A stretch of DNA of 42,397 nt from Verrucomicrobiota bacterium (GCA_040388725.1 JAZKBH010000206.1:6757-49153); one strand, 5' to 3'; shown: positions 1 to 10,030, counted from the stretch's first letter. Numbers and translations are program-made. Notes: a model not told the origin generated them from the sequence alone.

Positions 1-488
1 CCCTGTCGAATGAGCTCTCCTGCGTAGACCGCAACTTCGACATGGAGCAGCTCGCTGTAATAGACCATGTATTTTTGACCGGTCTTCTGAACGGCTTTTT
101 TCGCCGCGTCGAGTTGTTCAAAGGAGGTGAAGGGAGTTTTATCTGTGAAATAATCTTTTCCCGATTCCATGACTCGAATGCCGAGTGGCCCCCGTTCATT
201 GGGAATGGCGGCCGCTGCGACCATTTTGATTTCAGGATCGTCTAAAATCGTTTCCAAACGATCGACCGCTTTGACGCCGGGATACGTTTCACAAAATTTG
301 GCGACTTTTTGAGGATCGGGATCATACACGTAGCGCAATTCTCCCCCGGCCTCACGCAGTCCATTGCACTGGCCGTAGATATGACCATGCTCGAGCGAGA
401 CCGCCGCAAAGGGAAAATCCCCCGGATTACAAACAGGTTTCGGTTTTCCCTGCGGGGCGTAGTTCATTCCATCGCTTTTTTGCGTCAC
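1..488 (-). CDS. Gfo/Idh/MocA-family oxidoreductase-like protein, N-terminal part (3' end runs off the window)
   Basis: Not in the ORF track because it is edge-truncated. My reverse-strand translation from GTG (488-486) reads VTQKSDGMNYAPQGKPKPVCNPGDFPFAAVSLEHGHIYGQCNGLREAGGELRYVYDPDPQKVAKFCETYPGVKAVDRLETILDDPEIKMVAAAAIPNERGPLGIRVMESGKDYFTDKTP... and stays open to position 1. The layout (..D.PEI.MV..A.PN..., SGKDYFTDKTP ~ aGKhVlcEKP) fits the Gfo/Idh/MocA N-domain, but the GxGxxG dinucleotide motif looks degenerate. AGAAGGA Shine-Dalgarno at 500-494. Alternative ATG at 467. Confidence 0.65.
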   Translation of the reverse strand, partial: MTQKSDGMNYAPQGKPKPVCNPGDFPFAAVSLEHGHIYGQCNGLREAGGELRYVYDPDPQKVAKFCETYPGVKAVDRLETILDDPEIKMVAAAAIPNERGPLGIRVMESGKDYFTDKTPFTSFEQLDAAKKAVQKTGQKYMVYYSELLHVEVAVYAGELIRQ

Positions 489-502
489 AAAAATCCTTCT
501 TT

Positions 503-1276
503 TTAAGAGACTAAATACTTTTTGATATAATCAAAACTCTTTTGAACGGAATCAAAAGGATCGCCGGGGCAAGTATCCTGCTCCACAATGTACCAGAGAC
601 AGGCCGATTGATCCGCCGCTTCGATGATTTCTTTAAAATTCAGATTTCCGCTTCCAATCTCCATATAGGTCGGTTGCTCTGTTTGAGGATCGATTCCATA
701 ATCCTTGATATGAAGAAGGGGCGTCCGATTCCGAAGTTTTCGACACCAGGCCACATTATCTCCTCCACCCGTTTGAACCCAATAGGTATCCAATTCGCCT
801 TGGAGAAATTGACTATCGGTCTCCGTATAGATTTTTTCTAAGATGGTGGAATTCCCCAATTTCGCGAATTCCTTTCCGTGGTTGTGATAGCAGAGCACTT
901 TTCCAGCTCGATGTAGGATCTCTCCGGACCGATTTAATCCCTGAATCATTTCCGTGACCGACGCTTCTGATTTTAAATCGACTCCACCAGGATAAGGATA
1001 AGCCGTATAAGTACATTCGAGTTTTCCGAGTCGATCGATCACGCGCTGAGGCTCTTTCAGAATCAGATCGGGGGACTCATGGGTGGCGCAGCAGACGATG
1101 CCTTCTCCTTTTAAAACCTTGATGACATCCTCCTCAGGAATCGGCCCGATCCCGCTGACTTGAGCGGCTCGATATCCGATTTTTGAAACTTTTTGGATGG
1201 TTTTGGTAAAATCTTCCAGCGTCTTGCAGTGATCCCGCAAAGTGAAGAGTTGAATCGCGACTTGATTGAGTTTCAT
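503..1276 (-). CDS. sugar phosphate isomerase/epimerase (xylose-isomerase-like TIM barrel)
   Basis: 257-aa ORF with typical family strings VLCYHNHGKEF, GELDTYWV, PLLHIKDYG and IVEQD. It sits between two Gfo/Idh/MocA genes on the same strand. Confidence 0.85.
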   Translation of the reverse strand: MKLNQVAIQLFTLRDHCKTLEDFTKTIQKVSKIGYRAAQVSGIGPIPEEDVIKVLKGEGIVCCATHESPDLILKEPQRVIDRLGKLECTYTAYPYPGGVDLKSEASVTEMIQGLNRSGEILHRAGKVLCYHNHGKEFAKLGNSTILEKIYTETDSQFLQGELDTYWVQTGGGDNVAWCRKLRNRTPLLHIKDYGIDPQTEQPTYMEIGSGNLNFKEIIEAADQSACLWYIVEQDTCPGDPFDSVQKSFDYIKKYLVS

Positions 1277-1327
1277 AAATTTTTCTCTTTTCTAAATTTT
1301 GTTTTTTCTGAGGGACTTCTTATTCTT

Positions 1328-1392
1328 GGAGGGACGAGCGATGCGAGTCCTTGATGTCGCAACACGAAGGACTCGCATCGCTCGTCCCCTCC
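1328..1392. repeat. long near-perfect hairpin (25-bp stem, 14-nt loop) between two co-directional genes
   Basis: GGAGGGACGAGCGATGCGAGTCCTT (1328-1352) pairs with AAGGACTCGCATCGCTCGTCCCCTCC (1367-1392) with one bulged base. A half-copy, GGACTCGCAGCGCTCGTCCCTCC, is at 37300-37322. Confidence 0.85.
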
Positions 1393-1418
1393 AGGGTTTT
1401 TGAATTATCCAGTGTGCA

Positions 1419-2573
1419 TTAACGGAACGATTTCGAGAAATCGTCGTTGGATAATTTTTTAACGACCTTTTTTTTGAAAGTTGAGCTGCTTATCTTTTTT
1501 TTTAGAAGCGCTTCATACTTTTTCGCATTGAGCGGCATTTGAACCGTTTCTTTCGTAAACGAAGAATAGAGCATCGCATTCGCCAGTTCGACGGAATGAA
1601 TTCCTTCCGATGCGGGAGCAATTAATTTTTCTCCCTTTAGAATGGCTCGGCAAAAATTCTTCATAATCCCGAGATGTTGAGGGCCATGCCCTCCGGCGAT
1701 GGGAATGGTCACCTCCCATGCTTCGGGTTTTGAAAATCGTTCCTGCGTCTTTTTGCTAAAGGCCGACATCTCTTCTTCATTGCGTAGATATTCCAACTTT
1801 CCTTCACCAACCACGAGGCGTCCCTTTTCTCCGACAATTTCAAGGCGATTGGTTCCCGGAGCTTCTCCGGTCGAGGTGACAAAAACAGCGGTACATCCGT
1901 TCTTATATTGCATGTACGCCGTCACATCATCTTCGACTTCGATGTGATGATAACGGCCGATCTGACAAAAGGCTCTGACTTCATCGGGCATTCCAAACAT
2001 CCATTGGAAAAGATCGAGATTATGGGGACATTGATTGAGCAGAACGCCACCGCCTTCACCGGCCCAGGTCGCTCTCCATCCTCCCGAGGCATAATACATT
2101 TCGCTTCGGAACCAGTTGGTGATAATCCAGTTGATTCGGCGGATCGTTCCGAGCTCACCACTCTCGATCATCTGTTTCACTTTGGTATAATGCGGATCGG
2201 TCCGTTGATTAAACATCGCCGCAAAAACCTGTTTCGGATTTTTGTGTGCCGCAATCAAACGCTCACAGTCTGCTTTATGAACCGAGATCGGTTTTTCGAC
2301 GAGCACATGGAGCCCTGCATTTAAGGCCGCGATGCCAATGGTCGTATGATCGTAATGCGGAGTGGCAATCAGCACGGCATCGACAAACCCGGAGGAGAGG
2401 AGTTCTTTATAATCCTTAAAGCGCCAGATATCCGGAGCATCCGTAAAATTTTGGATCGCCGGATCGCAAAGCGCCGTCAACTCACATTCGGGGACTTCTC
2501 CTTTTAAAATTGCCCTTGCATGAGCGGCTCCCATCGATCCAACCCCAATAATTCCAAGACGTACTTTTTTCAT
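1419..2573 (-). CDS. Gfo/Idh/MocA-family NAD(P)-dependent oxidoreductase
   Basis: 384-aa ORF. Rossmann motif LGIIGVGSMGAAHA at the N-terminus, HVLVEKPIS (EKP motif), and a typical C-terminal alpha/beta domain. Confidence 0.9.
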   Translation of the reverse strand: MKKVRLGIIGVGSMGAAHARAILKGEVPECELTALCDPAIQNFTDAPDIWRFKDYKELLSSGFVDAVLIATPHYDHTTIGIAALNAGLHVLVEKPISVHKADCERLIAAHKNPKQVFAAMFNQRTDPHYTKVKQMIESGELGTIRRINWIITNWFRSEMYYASGGWRATWAGEGGGVLLNQCPHNLDLFQWMFGMPDEVRAFCQIGRYHHIEVEDDVTAYMQYKNGCTAVFVTSTGEAPGTNRLEIVGEKGRLVVGEGKLEYLRNEEEMSAFSKKTQERFSKPEAWEVTIPIAGGHGPQHLGIMKNFCRAILKGEKLIAPASEGIHSVELANAMLYSSFTKETVQMPLNAKKYEALLKKKISSSTFKKKVVKKLSNDDFSKSFR

Positions 2574-2601
2574 ATCGATTGCATTCCCTGTTGATGGTTT
2601 T

Positions 2602-4881
2602 TCATCGGATCGAGATCCAATGATTTCCTTGAGCTAAAGTTTGAGACTCCGATTGCGAAAAGATTTGAACCTTTTGCGGATGAAGAAGATGGAGATGAAT
2701 CGATTTCGTCAAAGCATCCGAACTCTTGATTTTCAAAACATTTTCCGGAGAGGATTCCATGTCGCAATTCCAGCAGAAAAAGGAGCCATCTTCCCGTTCA
2801 TGAAGATAGGCCTTTCCAACAATGACCTCTTCGAGACATTTGAAATGCTCGTGAACATCATTGTCATTCGATCCATACGAGGACCAGTGAGAGACCATCT
2901 CCATATATTGTTCAGAAACGACAAAAGAGCGACTGGGAAAACGATCGGGATGAGCAAATCCGCTTTGCCCGAGATCCGGTTTTTCTTTTACATCGAAAGG
3001 GATCACCTGACGCGCTTCGAGATGAGGATCGAGCAGAAATCCCCAGTAGAGGAGATCTTTCTTTTCGTCGATCATCTGAGCCGCTGCGGCCAATGCATTT
3101 CTCGTTTGAAGAAGATAGCTGATCTCGCCAGTCAGGAGATAGAGGTAATAAGTCGCATATGTCCGCCACGAAGACCAGCCATGAGGACAAACAATTGCAG
3201 CGGGTTGAAGATGAATATCGTATTGCGCTTCCCACGTGCGATGCGTTCCGCCGCGCACACGGGCATCCGGAGTCACGGTTTGGGAAAGACAGTCATGTTG
3301 CGCCAATAATTGCTGAGCGCGTTGAAGGCATTGATCGCGAAAAGGGGATTTCGGAAAAGCGAGGGCAAATGCAGCGAGTTGAAGCGCCGCACAACTGATC
3401 ATTCCATCCTCGAAAAATTGTTCTCCTTCCGTTTGGAGATCATCCCCTCTTTTTTCCAAATCGAGAATCGCCTTTTCGATCCCTTTTCGATGTCTTTCGG
3501 TTCGTTCGATCCAAGAAGCCGTTTTTATTTTTTCTTCGCATTCCCACAATTCGATCAAACTTTTGATCGGATAAATCACCGTGCTATAGAAAATATCTTT
3601 CGCCCAGAACGCTCCGTCGGATCCTTGATGAGTTGCAATCATCAGATCCGCCATTTGCGCGGCGGATTCCAGATCCTTTAAATCTCCATAGGCCTGATAC
3701 CGATCCACGAAAAGACTCAAGAGCGTCGATTTATTTTGAACTCTCCAATTTTCTTTAGCAGGAATAAAAGCCTCATCAAATTGGGTTTTCAAAAGATCGC
3801 CCCAATGCTCTCCTAATTTTTGTCCATATTCAGCTTGTGGAAAATACTTTTCCTTTAAAAATCCGGAGAAAAATCCGTACCACCCCTCACAATGGGCGAT
3901 CGATTGAGGAGGATTCTTCAAAGCGAAGTCCCCAGCCTTTTTCAATATCTCGCTCCATTGTTTCACGACAAAAATCGATCCTTCGGATTGCTTGCGGCTG
4001 ATATCTTGGACGAGAATCCGATGGAGTCCCGCTTCCGTTCCTTCCACTTCGACTCTCCAAAGGTTGGTTTCAAAAAATTCAGGAGTTAATCTTTTTTCTT
4101 CGCCCGAGGGAGATTGATGAAGAACCTCAACCAATTTCTGGGAGCTATGGATAAAAACGGCTGTCTTTTGACCTAAATCCACCGTTGTCTCAGGGAGTTG
4201 GATCACGGGTGCTTTGCACAAAGCGGCCGCTTGGATTTCTAAATTTTCCATGATAGGAAGATTTCGACCGAAAATTTGCCATCTCTTTTCTTCACCGGGA
4301 GCGAGCTGACTCAGGTGTTGAGGGTGTCTTTCGGGAAGTGCTCCCTTTCGAAGAAGATCGAGATCGAAGGTATTGACGATTTGAGCTCCCCAAACGGTTC
4401 CGTCATCCCAACGGCGCATCGCATAATCCAAAGACCACGAGGCAATCGCGTCGGGAGAAGCGAGTAAAAGCCCTTTTCCGTGAGGGGTACTGGCATAGCC
4501 CCAGAAATGGGTTTTTTCGCAGCGTAAAAAGGTAGGATAATGCTTATCCGTCCATTCTGGATAAGGCTGCATTCGACAATCTAATCCGATTCGAAGGGCC
4601 AATCGATCCGGATGCCAAGGAAGAGTCCCTTTATTCCGGGCCCGAACGGTTAATTTCCATTCGGACTCCGAGTAGTTCCATTCCATTTCAAATTGAATCC
4701 GATGATGACTTCCAGAAAAGAGTTTGTGATGCCGATCCATCGAGCGAAGCGTGAGGGGATGAACCTCCCCTGCTTCCTCGTAGATCAGAGCAGGGCCTGC
4801 ATGAATACCGCTCGCGTGGTACTCAGGGGCGTGAATCGTTCCATCTTCTCGAATGGGGGACATGGGGAGTAAGTTCTGCAT
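2602..4881 (-). CDS. hypothetical protein, 759 aa (possible intracellular glycan-active enzyme; family not recognised)
   Basis: Long uninterrupted ORF with no signal peptide, lying 28 nt upstream of the oxidoreductase gene in the same operon. The aromatic-rich C-terminal half (CEGWYGFFSGF, PHGWSSWRTYATYYLYLL) is reminiscent of alpha/alpha-toroid glycosidase-like folds; that is inference only. Confidence 0.75.
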   Translation of the reverse strand: MQNLLPMSPIREDGTIHAPEYHASGIHAGPALIYEEAGEVHPLTLRSMDRHHKLFSGSHHRIQFEMEWNYSESEWKLTVRARNKGTLPWHPDRLALRIGLDCRMQPYPEWTDKHYPTFLRCEKTHFWGYASTPHGKGLLLASPDAIASWSLDYAMRRWDDGTVWGAQIVNTFDLDLLRKGALPERHPQHLSQLAPGEEKRWQIFGRNLPIMENLEIQAAALCKAPVIQLPETTVDLGQKTAVFIHSSQKLVEVLHQSPSGEEKRLTPEFFETNLWRVEVEGTEAGLHRILVQDISRKQSEGSIFVVKQWSEILKKAGDFALKNPPQSIAHCEGWYGFFSGFLKEKYFPQAEYGQKLGEHWGDLLKTQFDEAFIPAKENWRVQNKSTLLSLFVDRYQAYGDLKDLESAAQMADLMIATHQGSDGAFWAKDIFYSTVIYPIKSLIELWECEEKIKTASWIERTERHRKGIEKAILDLEKRGDDLQTEGEQFFEDGMISCAALQLAAFALAFPKSPFRDQCLQRAQQLLAQHDCLSQTVTPDARVRGGTHRTWEAQYDIHLQPAAIVCPHGWSSWRTYATYYLYLLTGEISYLLQTRNALAAAAQMIDEKKDLLYWGFLLDPHLEARQVIPFDVKEKPDLGQSGFAHPDRFPSRSFVVSEQYMEMVSHWSSYGSNDNDVHEHFKCLEEVIVGKAYLHEREDGSFFCWNCDMESSPENVLKIKSSDALTKSIHLHLLHPQKVQIFSQSESQTLAQGNHWISIR

Positions 4882-4996
4882 GAAAAGCTTCCTTCTCTAC
4901 CTTCGCTCAAACTTTTCGTTTTAAAAATGAATTGCAGGTTATTCGTATAAACAAAATGCACCTCGCGACATTCTCAAGGTAGGATATTTTAAGGAT

Positions 4997-6064
4997 GTGG
5001 CCACTCCCCATTTCTTTTCAGATGATAGTTTTTGGAATACTCCTTTAAACCCAGGTCTTTCGGAAGATCCCCAAAGCGACCGCTGGATTTCTCTTCTCAA
5101 AGAGGCTCAGCTCAAAACCCACCGCTATGTCGGGCTTCATCTGAATCTCCACGCCTGGACGGTTCCCCTCTTCGAAAGCTCCCCTTCAACGAAAAAAGTC
5201 CCTGTCGCTCCCAAAATTCTCGACTGCCCCTTGAGCCAAGGGCATCGGATCGCTTCAGCCCCTTATTTTCATTCTCAACATCCTTATGGCATTCATTCAT
5301 CGGTGAAAAACGGCATTCCGATTCCCCCCAAAGCAGCCCCCGATGTCGAAGAGGATGCCCACATGGTGATTATCGATCGCCAGGAAAATAAAGTTTACGA
5401 CATGTGGCAACTCCGCCAGGGCGAGGATGGACAATGGGCGAGTAATGCCGCCATTGCTTATGACCTCAAAGGCTCGGGTGTTTTTTCGGCGGAGACGATT
5501 GCCGGAATTCATCATGGAGAAAGCATCCATTATTACGGTCCTTGTCGTGCGACGGGGGTTCCATTGGTAGCCGGTCTTATTTTACAGGAAGAAATTTTAA
5601 ACGGCGAAATTCCCCACAAACTCGTTTATGCTTGTGGTGTCGAAGGCTTGGAACGATTTGTCTCTCCCGCCATCTGGACCGATGGATGGCTCCCCGGGGG
5701 AGTCCCCGCCGGCAGTATTTTGCAACTCGATCCTCTCTTCCCTCTCGAGAGCCTCTCTTTATCCCCTGCGGCGAAGGTTGTCGCCCGGGCCCTTCAAAAA
5801 TACGGCGCGGTTTTGGCCGATAATGCCGGGGGAGTCACCCTCTACGGTGAAAGCCTCTCCTCGACGAAAAAGTCGTGGACTTCTCTTTTGGAAGAGGACG
5901 ATTTACGAAATTTAGATATGAGTTACTTCCGCATTGTCGAAACCGGGCCTCTCCAAAAGGGAGGTTCTCACCCGGTCTATCACCACGGAATGTCCCTTTC
6001 CTATTACAATTATATCAAAACACACGGTTCGGCGTGTTTGAAGGACTATCACTCAGTCCCTTAA
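4997..6064 (+). CDS. hypothetical protein, 355 aa
   Basis: ORF with a GTG start and no signal peptide. It is the first gene of the plus-strand CAZyme operon, divergent from 2602-4881. No motif recognised by eye. Confidence 0.65.
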   Translation: MATPHFFSDDSFWNTPLNPGLSEDPQSDRWISLLKEAQLKTHRYVGLHLNLHAWTVPLFESSPSTKKVPVAPKILDCPLSQGHRIASAPYFHSQHPYGIHSSVKNGIPIPPKAAPDVEEDAHMVIIDRQENKVYDMWQLRQGEDGQWASNAAIAYDLKGSGVFSAETIAGIHHGESIHYYGPCRATGVPLVAGLILQEEILNGEIPHKLVYACGVEGLERFVSPAIWTDGWLPGGVPAGSILQLDPLFPLESLSLSPAAKVVARALQKYGAVLADNAGGVTLYGESLSSTKKSWTSLLEEDDLRNLDMSYFRIVETGPLQKGGSHPVYHHGMSLSYYNYIKTHGSACLKDYHSVP

Positions 6065-6093
6065 TCATCTCAACCCATCCACTCATTTAAATT

Positions 6094-7278
6094 ATGAAAA
6101 ACGAATCCCATCAAAAACGTCTGCGTACTTTATTGGAAACTCAAAAAACTTTTCTCGCACGGCACAATCCCTGCGATGTGAAATGGTTCAATGGCATTTT
6201 CTCTCGATATGAATATCCCGTGCTCACTCCCGATCATATTCCGTTAAATTGGAGATATGATTTCAATCCCGAAACCAATCCTCTTCTCTTGGAACGCCTC
6301 GGGGTGAATGCCGTTTTCAATGCGGGAGCGATTGAAAAGGATGGCAAGATTCTTCTCGTGGCCCGTGTAGAAGGTTATGACCGGAAATCCTTCTTCGCTG
6401 TCGCGGAATCCACCAACGGAGTCGATCAATTCAAATTCTGGGACTACCCCCTCGAAATGCCGGAGACCTCGGTTCCGGATACGAACATCTACGACATGCG
6501 CGTCGTTCAACATGAAGATGGTTGGATCTATGGCTTATTTTGTACGGAACGAAAAGATCTCGCCGCTCCTCGTCATGATACCTCCTCTGCCGTCGCTCAA
6601 TGCGGCATTGCGCGGACACGCGATTTGAAATCATGGGAGCGTCTCGCAGACCTTCAAACGCCTTCGGCTCAACAACGGAATGTGGTTCTCCATCCCGAAT
6701 TCATCGACGGAAAATATGCGTTTTATACCCGCCCCCAATCCGGATTTATTGATGCCGGGAGCGGAGGTGGTATCGGCTGGGGCTTCAGCAAAACGATGGA
6801 AAATGCTCGCGTCGAAGAAGAGGTCGTTCTCGATCCTCGCGTCTATCACACGATCAAAGAGACCAAAAACGGAGCTGGTCCTGCCCCGATCAAAACGGAA
6901 AAAGGATGGCTTCATATCGCACACGGCGTACGAAACTGTGCCTCCGGTTTACGTTATGTGCTCTACGCTTTTTTGTGTGAATTGGAGCGACCCTGGGTCG
7001 TCACGCATCGCCCTGGCGGTTATCTCATTGCCCCTCATGGCGAAGAGCGTATCGGTGATGTGAGCAATGTCGTCTTCTCCAACGGAATCGTGGCGCGAAA
7101 GAACGGCGATATTTTTCTCTATTACGCCTCTTCCGATACGCGTCTGCATGTCGCGACCTCGACAGTGGAAACGCTTTTGGATTATGTTCTCCATACTCCG
7201 GAAGATGGCCTTCGCTCTGCCGTTTCGGTTCAACAACGCATTGATCTCATCCAAAAGAATGCCTCATTTTTAAAATAA
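6094..7278 (+). CDS. GH130-family beta-1,4-mannoside phosphorylase (mannosylglucose-phosphorylase-like)
   Basis: 394 aa. The N-terminal helical extension plus beta-propeller pattern resembles GH130_1 enzymes ([61 protein letters not shown]). Confidence 0.8.
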   Translation: MKNESHQKRLRTLLETQKTFLARHNPCDVKWFNGIFSRYEYPVLTPDHIPLNWRYDFNPETNPLLLERLGVNAVFNAGAIEKDGKILLVARVEGYDRKSFFAVAESTNGVDQFKFWDYPLEMPETSVPDTNIYDMRVVQHEDGWIYGLFCTERKDLAAPRHDTSSAVAQCGIARTRDLKSWERLADLQTPSAQQRNVVLHPEFIDGKYAFYTRPQSGFIDAGSGGGIGWGFSKTMENARVEEEVVLDPRVYHTIKETKNGAGPAPIKTEKGWLHIAHGVRNCASGLRYVLYAFLCELERPWVVTHRPGGYLIAPHGEERIGDVSNVVFSNGIVARKNGDIFLYYASSDTRLHVATSTVETLLDYVLHTPEDGLRSAVSVQQRIDLIQKNASFLK

Positions 7279-7283
7279 CCGTT

Positions 7284-8648
7284 ATGAAAACTCCTCAGGT
7301 TCGATCCATTTTAAGTACGAGTGATGGAAGCCAAAAGCTTGCGCTCCAGCCTTCGGTTTCGTTTGAAACATCCTACACGGAAAACCCAAAAATTCCGGTG
7401 ATTCATCTCGACGAAAAAGTCCGTTATCAAAAAATTGAGGGCTTTGGAGGTGCGTTTACAGAAGCCGCCGCGGTGACTCTTCAAAAATTACCGAAGGCCA
7501 AGCAAGAGGAGATCCTTCAAGCCTATTTCCATCCCAAAAAAGGGCACGGCTATACCCTTTGTCGAACGCATATCAATAGCTGTGACTTTGCACTCGGGAA
7601 TTATGCTTACTGTGAAAAGGAAGGGGATCTCACTCTCTCCACGTTTTCCATCGACCGCGATCGTCTGGCTCTTATTCCGATGATCAAACGCGCACAGGCG
7701 ATCTGCGGAAAAGCCATGAAGCTTCTCGCTTCTCCTTGGAGTCCTCCGGCATGGATGAAAACCACCGGAAAGATGAACGAAGGCGGAAAACTCAAACCAG
7801 AATATCGTGGTGTTTGGGCCCGTTACTACACCCGCTATATTCGTGAGTACAAAAAAGAAGGGATTCCGATTTGGGGACTCACCGTTCAAAACGAACCGAT
7901 GGCGACTCAAACGTGGGATTCCTGTATTTATACGGCCGAAGAGGAACGCGATTTTGTGCGAGACCATTTGGGACCGACGCTTCATCGGGAAAAAATGAAA
8001 AACGTGAAGTTGATCATTTGGGATCACAACCGCGACTGGTTGTACGATCGTTCAAAAACCATTTTTGAAGATAAGAAGGCTTCCAAATTCGTCTGGGGAG
8101 CAGGCTTCCACTGGTATGGCCACGAAGCCTTTGACAATGTCCAACGCGTTCACGATGCGTGGCCCGATAAAAAATTGATTTTTACCGAAGGATGTCAGGA
8201 ATTTGGGCCTCATCTCGGTTCCCCTCTCGTCGGTGAACGTTATGCGCGTTCGCTTATTCATGATATGAACCGATGGACGGCGGGCTTTATCGATTGGAAC
8301 TTATTGCTCGATACCACGGGAGGTCCCAACCATGTCGGCAATTTTTGTAGTGCACCGATTTTGGTCGATCCAGAAACGAAAGAAGTTCACTACCAAAGCT
8401 CCTTTTACTACATCGGTCACTTTTCAAAATTTATTAAACCGAATGCGACCCGGATTTTAAGCTCCTCTTCCCATGATAAGCTCGAAATCACCGCTGCTCA
8501 AAATCCCGACAAATCGATTGTTTTGATCGTTCTCAATCGGGAAGATCGCGAACTCCCCTTCGTTTTAAAATTTAAGAAATATTCGATTTCCCTACGGGCT
8601 CCAGCTCATTCGATTCAAACATTCGTCATCCCTTCTTCATTGAAGTAA
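7284..8648 (+). CDS. GH30-family glycoside hydrolase (glucosylceramidase-like)
   Basis: 454 aa with IEGFGGAFTEAAA and ASPWSPPAWMK, an acid/base-type motif LTVQNEP and a nucleophile-type motif IFTEGC. No obvious signal peptide. Confidence 0.85.
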   Translation: MKTPQVRSILSTSDGSQKLALQPSVSFETSYTENPKIPVIHLDEKVRYQKIEGFGGAFTEAAAVTLQKLPKAKQEEILQAYFHPKKGHGYTLCRTHINSCDFALGNYAYCEKEGDLTLSTFSIDRDRLALIPMIKRAQAICGKAMKLLASPWSPPAWMKTTGKMNEGGKLKPEYRGVWARYYTRYIREYKKEGIPIWGLTVQNEPMATQTWDSCIYTAEEERDFVRDHLGPTLHREKMKNVKLIIWDHNRDWLYDRSKTIFEDKKASKFVWGAGFHWYGHEAFDNVQRVHDAWPDKKLIFTEGCQEFGPHLGSPLVGERYARSLIHDMNRWTAGFIDWNLLLDTTGGPNHVGNFCSAPILVDPETKEVHYQSSFYYIGHFSKFIKPNATRILSSSSHDKLEITAAQNPDKSIVLIVLNREDRELPFVLKFKKYSISLRAPAHSIQTFVIPSSLK

Positions 8649-8665
8649 TCGTCAACAAAGTCCTT

Positions 8666-10030
8666 ATGTCCGAAAAAAATAATTCCACTCCTTATGGAGT
8701 CGATTCCCTCACCTATTCCAAACAAGGGCTCATTACCTTATTTTCATGGCTCCTCTGGGGAGACTTTGCCTTTGTTTTCTTTGAACAAATTTTCGGAAGA
8801 TTTCTTCCGATTTTTCTAAAAGAACTTCGCGTCTCTAATCTCATGATCGGTGTTCTTTCCGGGAGCACCGTCGGACTCGTGAATATTTTGTTTCTTCCCT
8901 ATGTAAGCCAATGGAGTGACTCCTTTCGAAGTAAATGGGGAAGGCGTATTCCTTTTCTCTTTTGGACAACCCCTTTAACCGTCATCACCGTCATCTTCGT
9001 CGGTTGCGCTCCCGAAACAGGGGCTTGGATTCATCAGCACTGGGTCTCTCCTTATTTCCCTCATGTGACGGAACATCAAGTCATTATCGGTCAACTCTGC
9101 TGTTGGGTTTTCGCTTTTAATTTCTTTAACATGATTCTGGTGAATTCATTCAATTGGCTGGTCGTCGATATCGTTCCTCAATTCATCATCGCACGCTTTC
9201 TCTCCTGGTTCAAAGTCGTCGGAACGATCAGCAGCTGTCTCTTCACCTGGTATGTCTTCCCCCATATTTTAGAATATCGAAAAGAAGTCTGTGTCGGAGT
9301 CGGGGTCTTTTACACCGTCGCGTTCTGGGTGATGTGTTTTAAAATTAAAGAAGGGGTCTATGCGGAGCCGATTGTTTCCGATCGAACCAATTTTTGGAAA
9401 AAATTTAGCGGCTATTTTAGCGACTGTTGGAGCGTCCCTCTTTATCGCCATTACTTTTTGACGAACATCATGGTGATGATTGCCACCGCAAGCTCCGCTT
9501 CTTTCATCGTTCTTTTTTCGAAAGAGACTTTGGGATTGAGCCTGGAGGATATGGGAAAATCGTTCACCTACGGATTGATCGTCTCCGCCATTCTCTATTT
9601 TATTTTTGGATGGCTTTGCGACAAGATGAATCCTCTCTTGGTGGTTGTTTGCAGTCTGGTCGGATTTGTATTCATTTCCATCGGTTCTTATTTTCTCATC
9701 CAGGGAAAAACGTCGTGGATTATTTATTCCATGGTCAGCATGATTCCCGGAGTCGCTCTCGGAATCGGATCCAATATTACCGGCATGCGCATTTTTCCAC
9801 GCGAGCGTTACGGTCAATTTGCGGCCGGTTCGAATGTCTTTGGCTGTGGAAGTCAGATTCTCTTTAACTTTCTCTCCGGTAAATTCATGGATTGGACAGG
9901 AAGCAATTACCGTCTGATCTTCCTTTGGAGTTTTACCTTCTTTTTATTAGCCACCTTTTATTTCATGAAGGTTTATCGGGAATCCAAAAAACTCGGTTTG
10001 CATGAAAAAATTCCATTACCCACCCCCTAA
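8666..10030 (+). CDS. MFS/GPH-type sugar transporter
   Basis: 454 aa with about 12 hydrophobic spans and an RRIPF-type loop after TM2. Embedded between glycoside hydrolase genes. Confidence 0.8.
   Translation: MSEKNNSTPYGVDSLTYSKQGLITLFSWLLWGDFAFVFFEQIFGRFLPIFLKELRVSNLMIGVLSGSTVGLVNILFLPYVSQWSDSFRSKWGRRIPFLFWTTPLTVITVIFVGCAPETGAWIHQHWVSPYFPHVTEHQVIIGQLCCWVFAFNFFNMILVNSFNWLVVDIVPQFIIARFLSWFKVVGTISSCLFTWYVFPHILEYRKEVCVGVGVFYTVAFWVMCFKIKEGVYAEPIVSDRTNFWKKFSGYFSDCWSVPLYRHYFLTNIMVMIATASSASFIVLFSKETLGLSLEDMGKSFTYGLIVSAILYFIFGWLCDKMNPLLVVVCSLVGFVFISIGSYFLIQGKTSWIIYSMVSMIPGVALGIGSNITGMRIFPRERYGQFAAGSNVFGCGSQILFNFLSGKFMDWTGSNYRLIFLWSFTFFLLATFYFMKVYRESKKLGLHEKIPLPTP

Noticed and set aside
42-506. Two plus-strand ORFs (67 and 65 aa) at the left edge.
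   Set aside because: They are antisense to the edge-truncated Gfo/Idh/MocA-like gene, which has clear family-like sequence and a good RBS.
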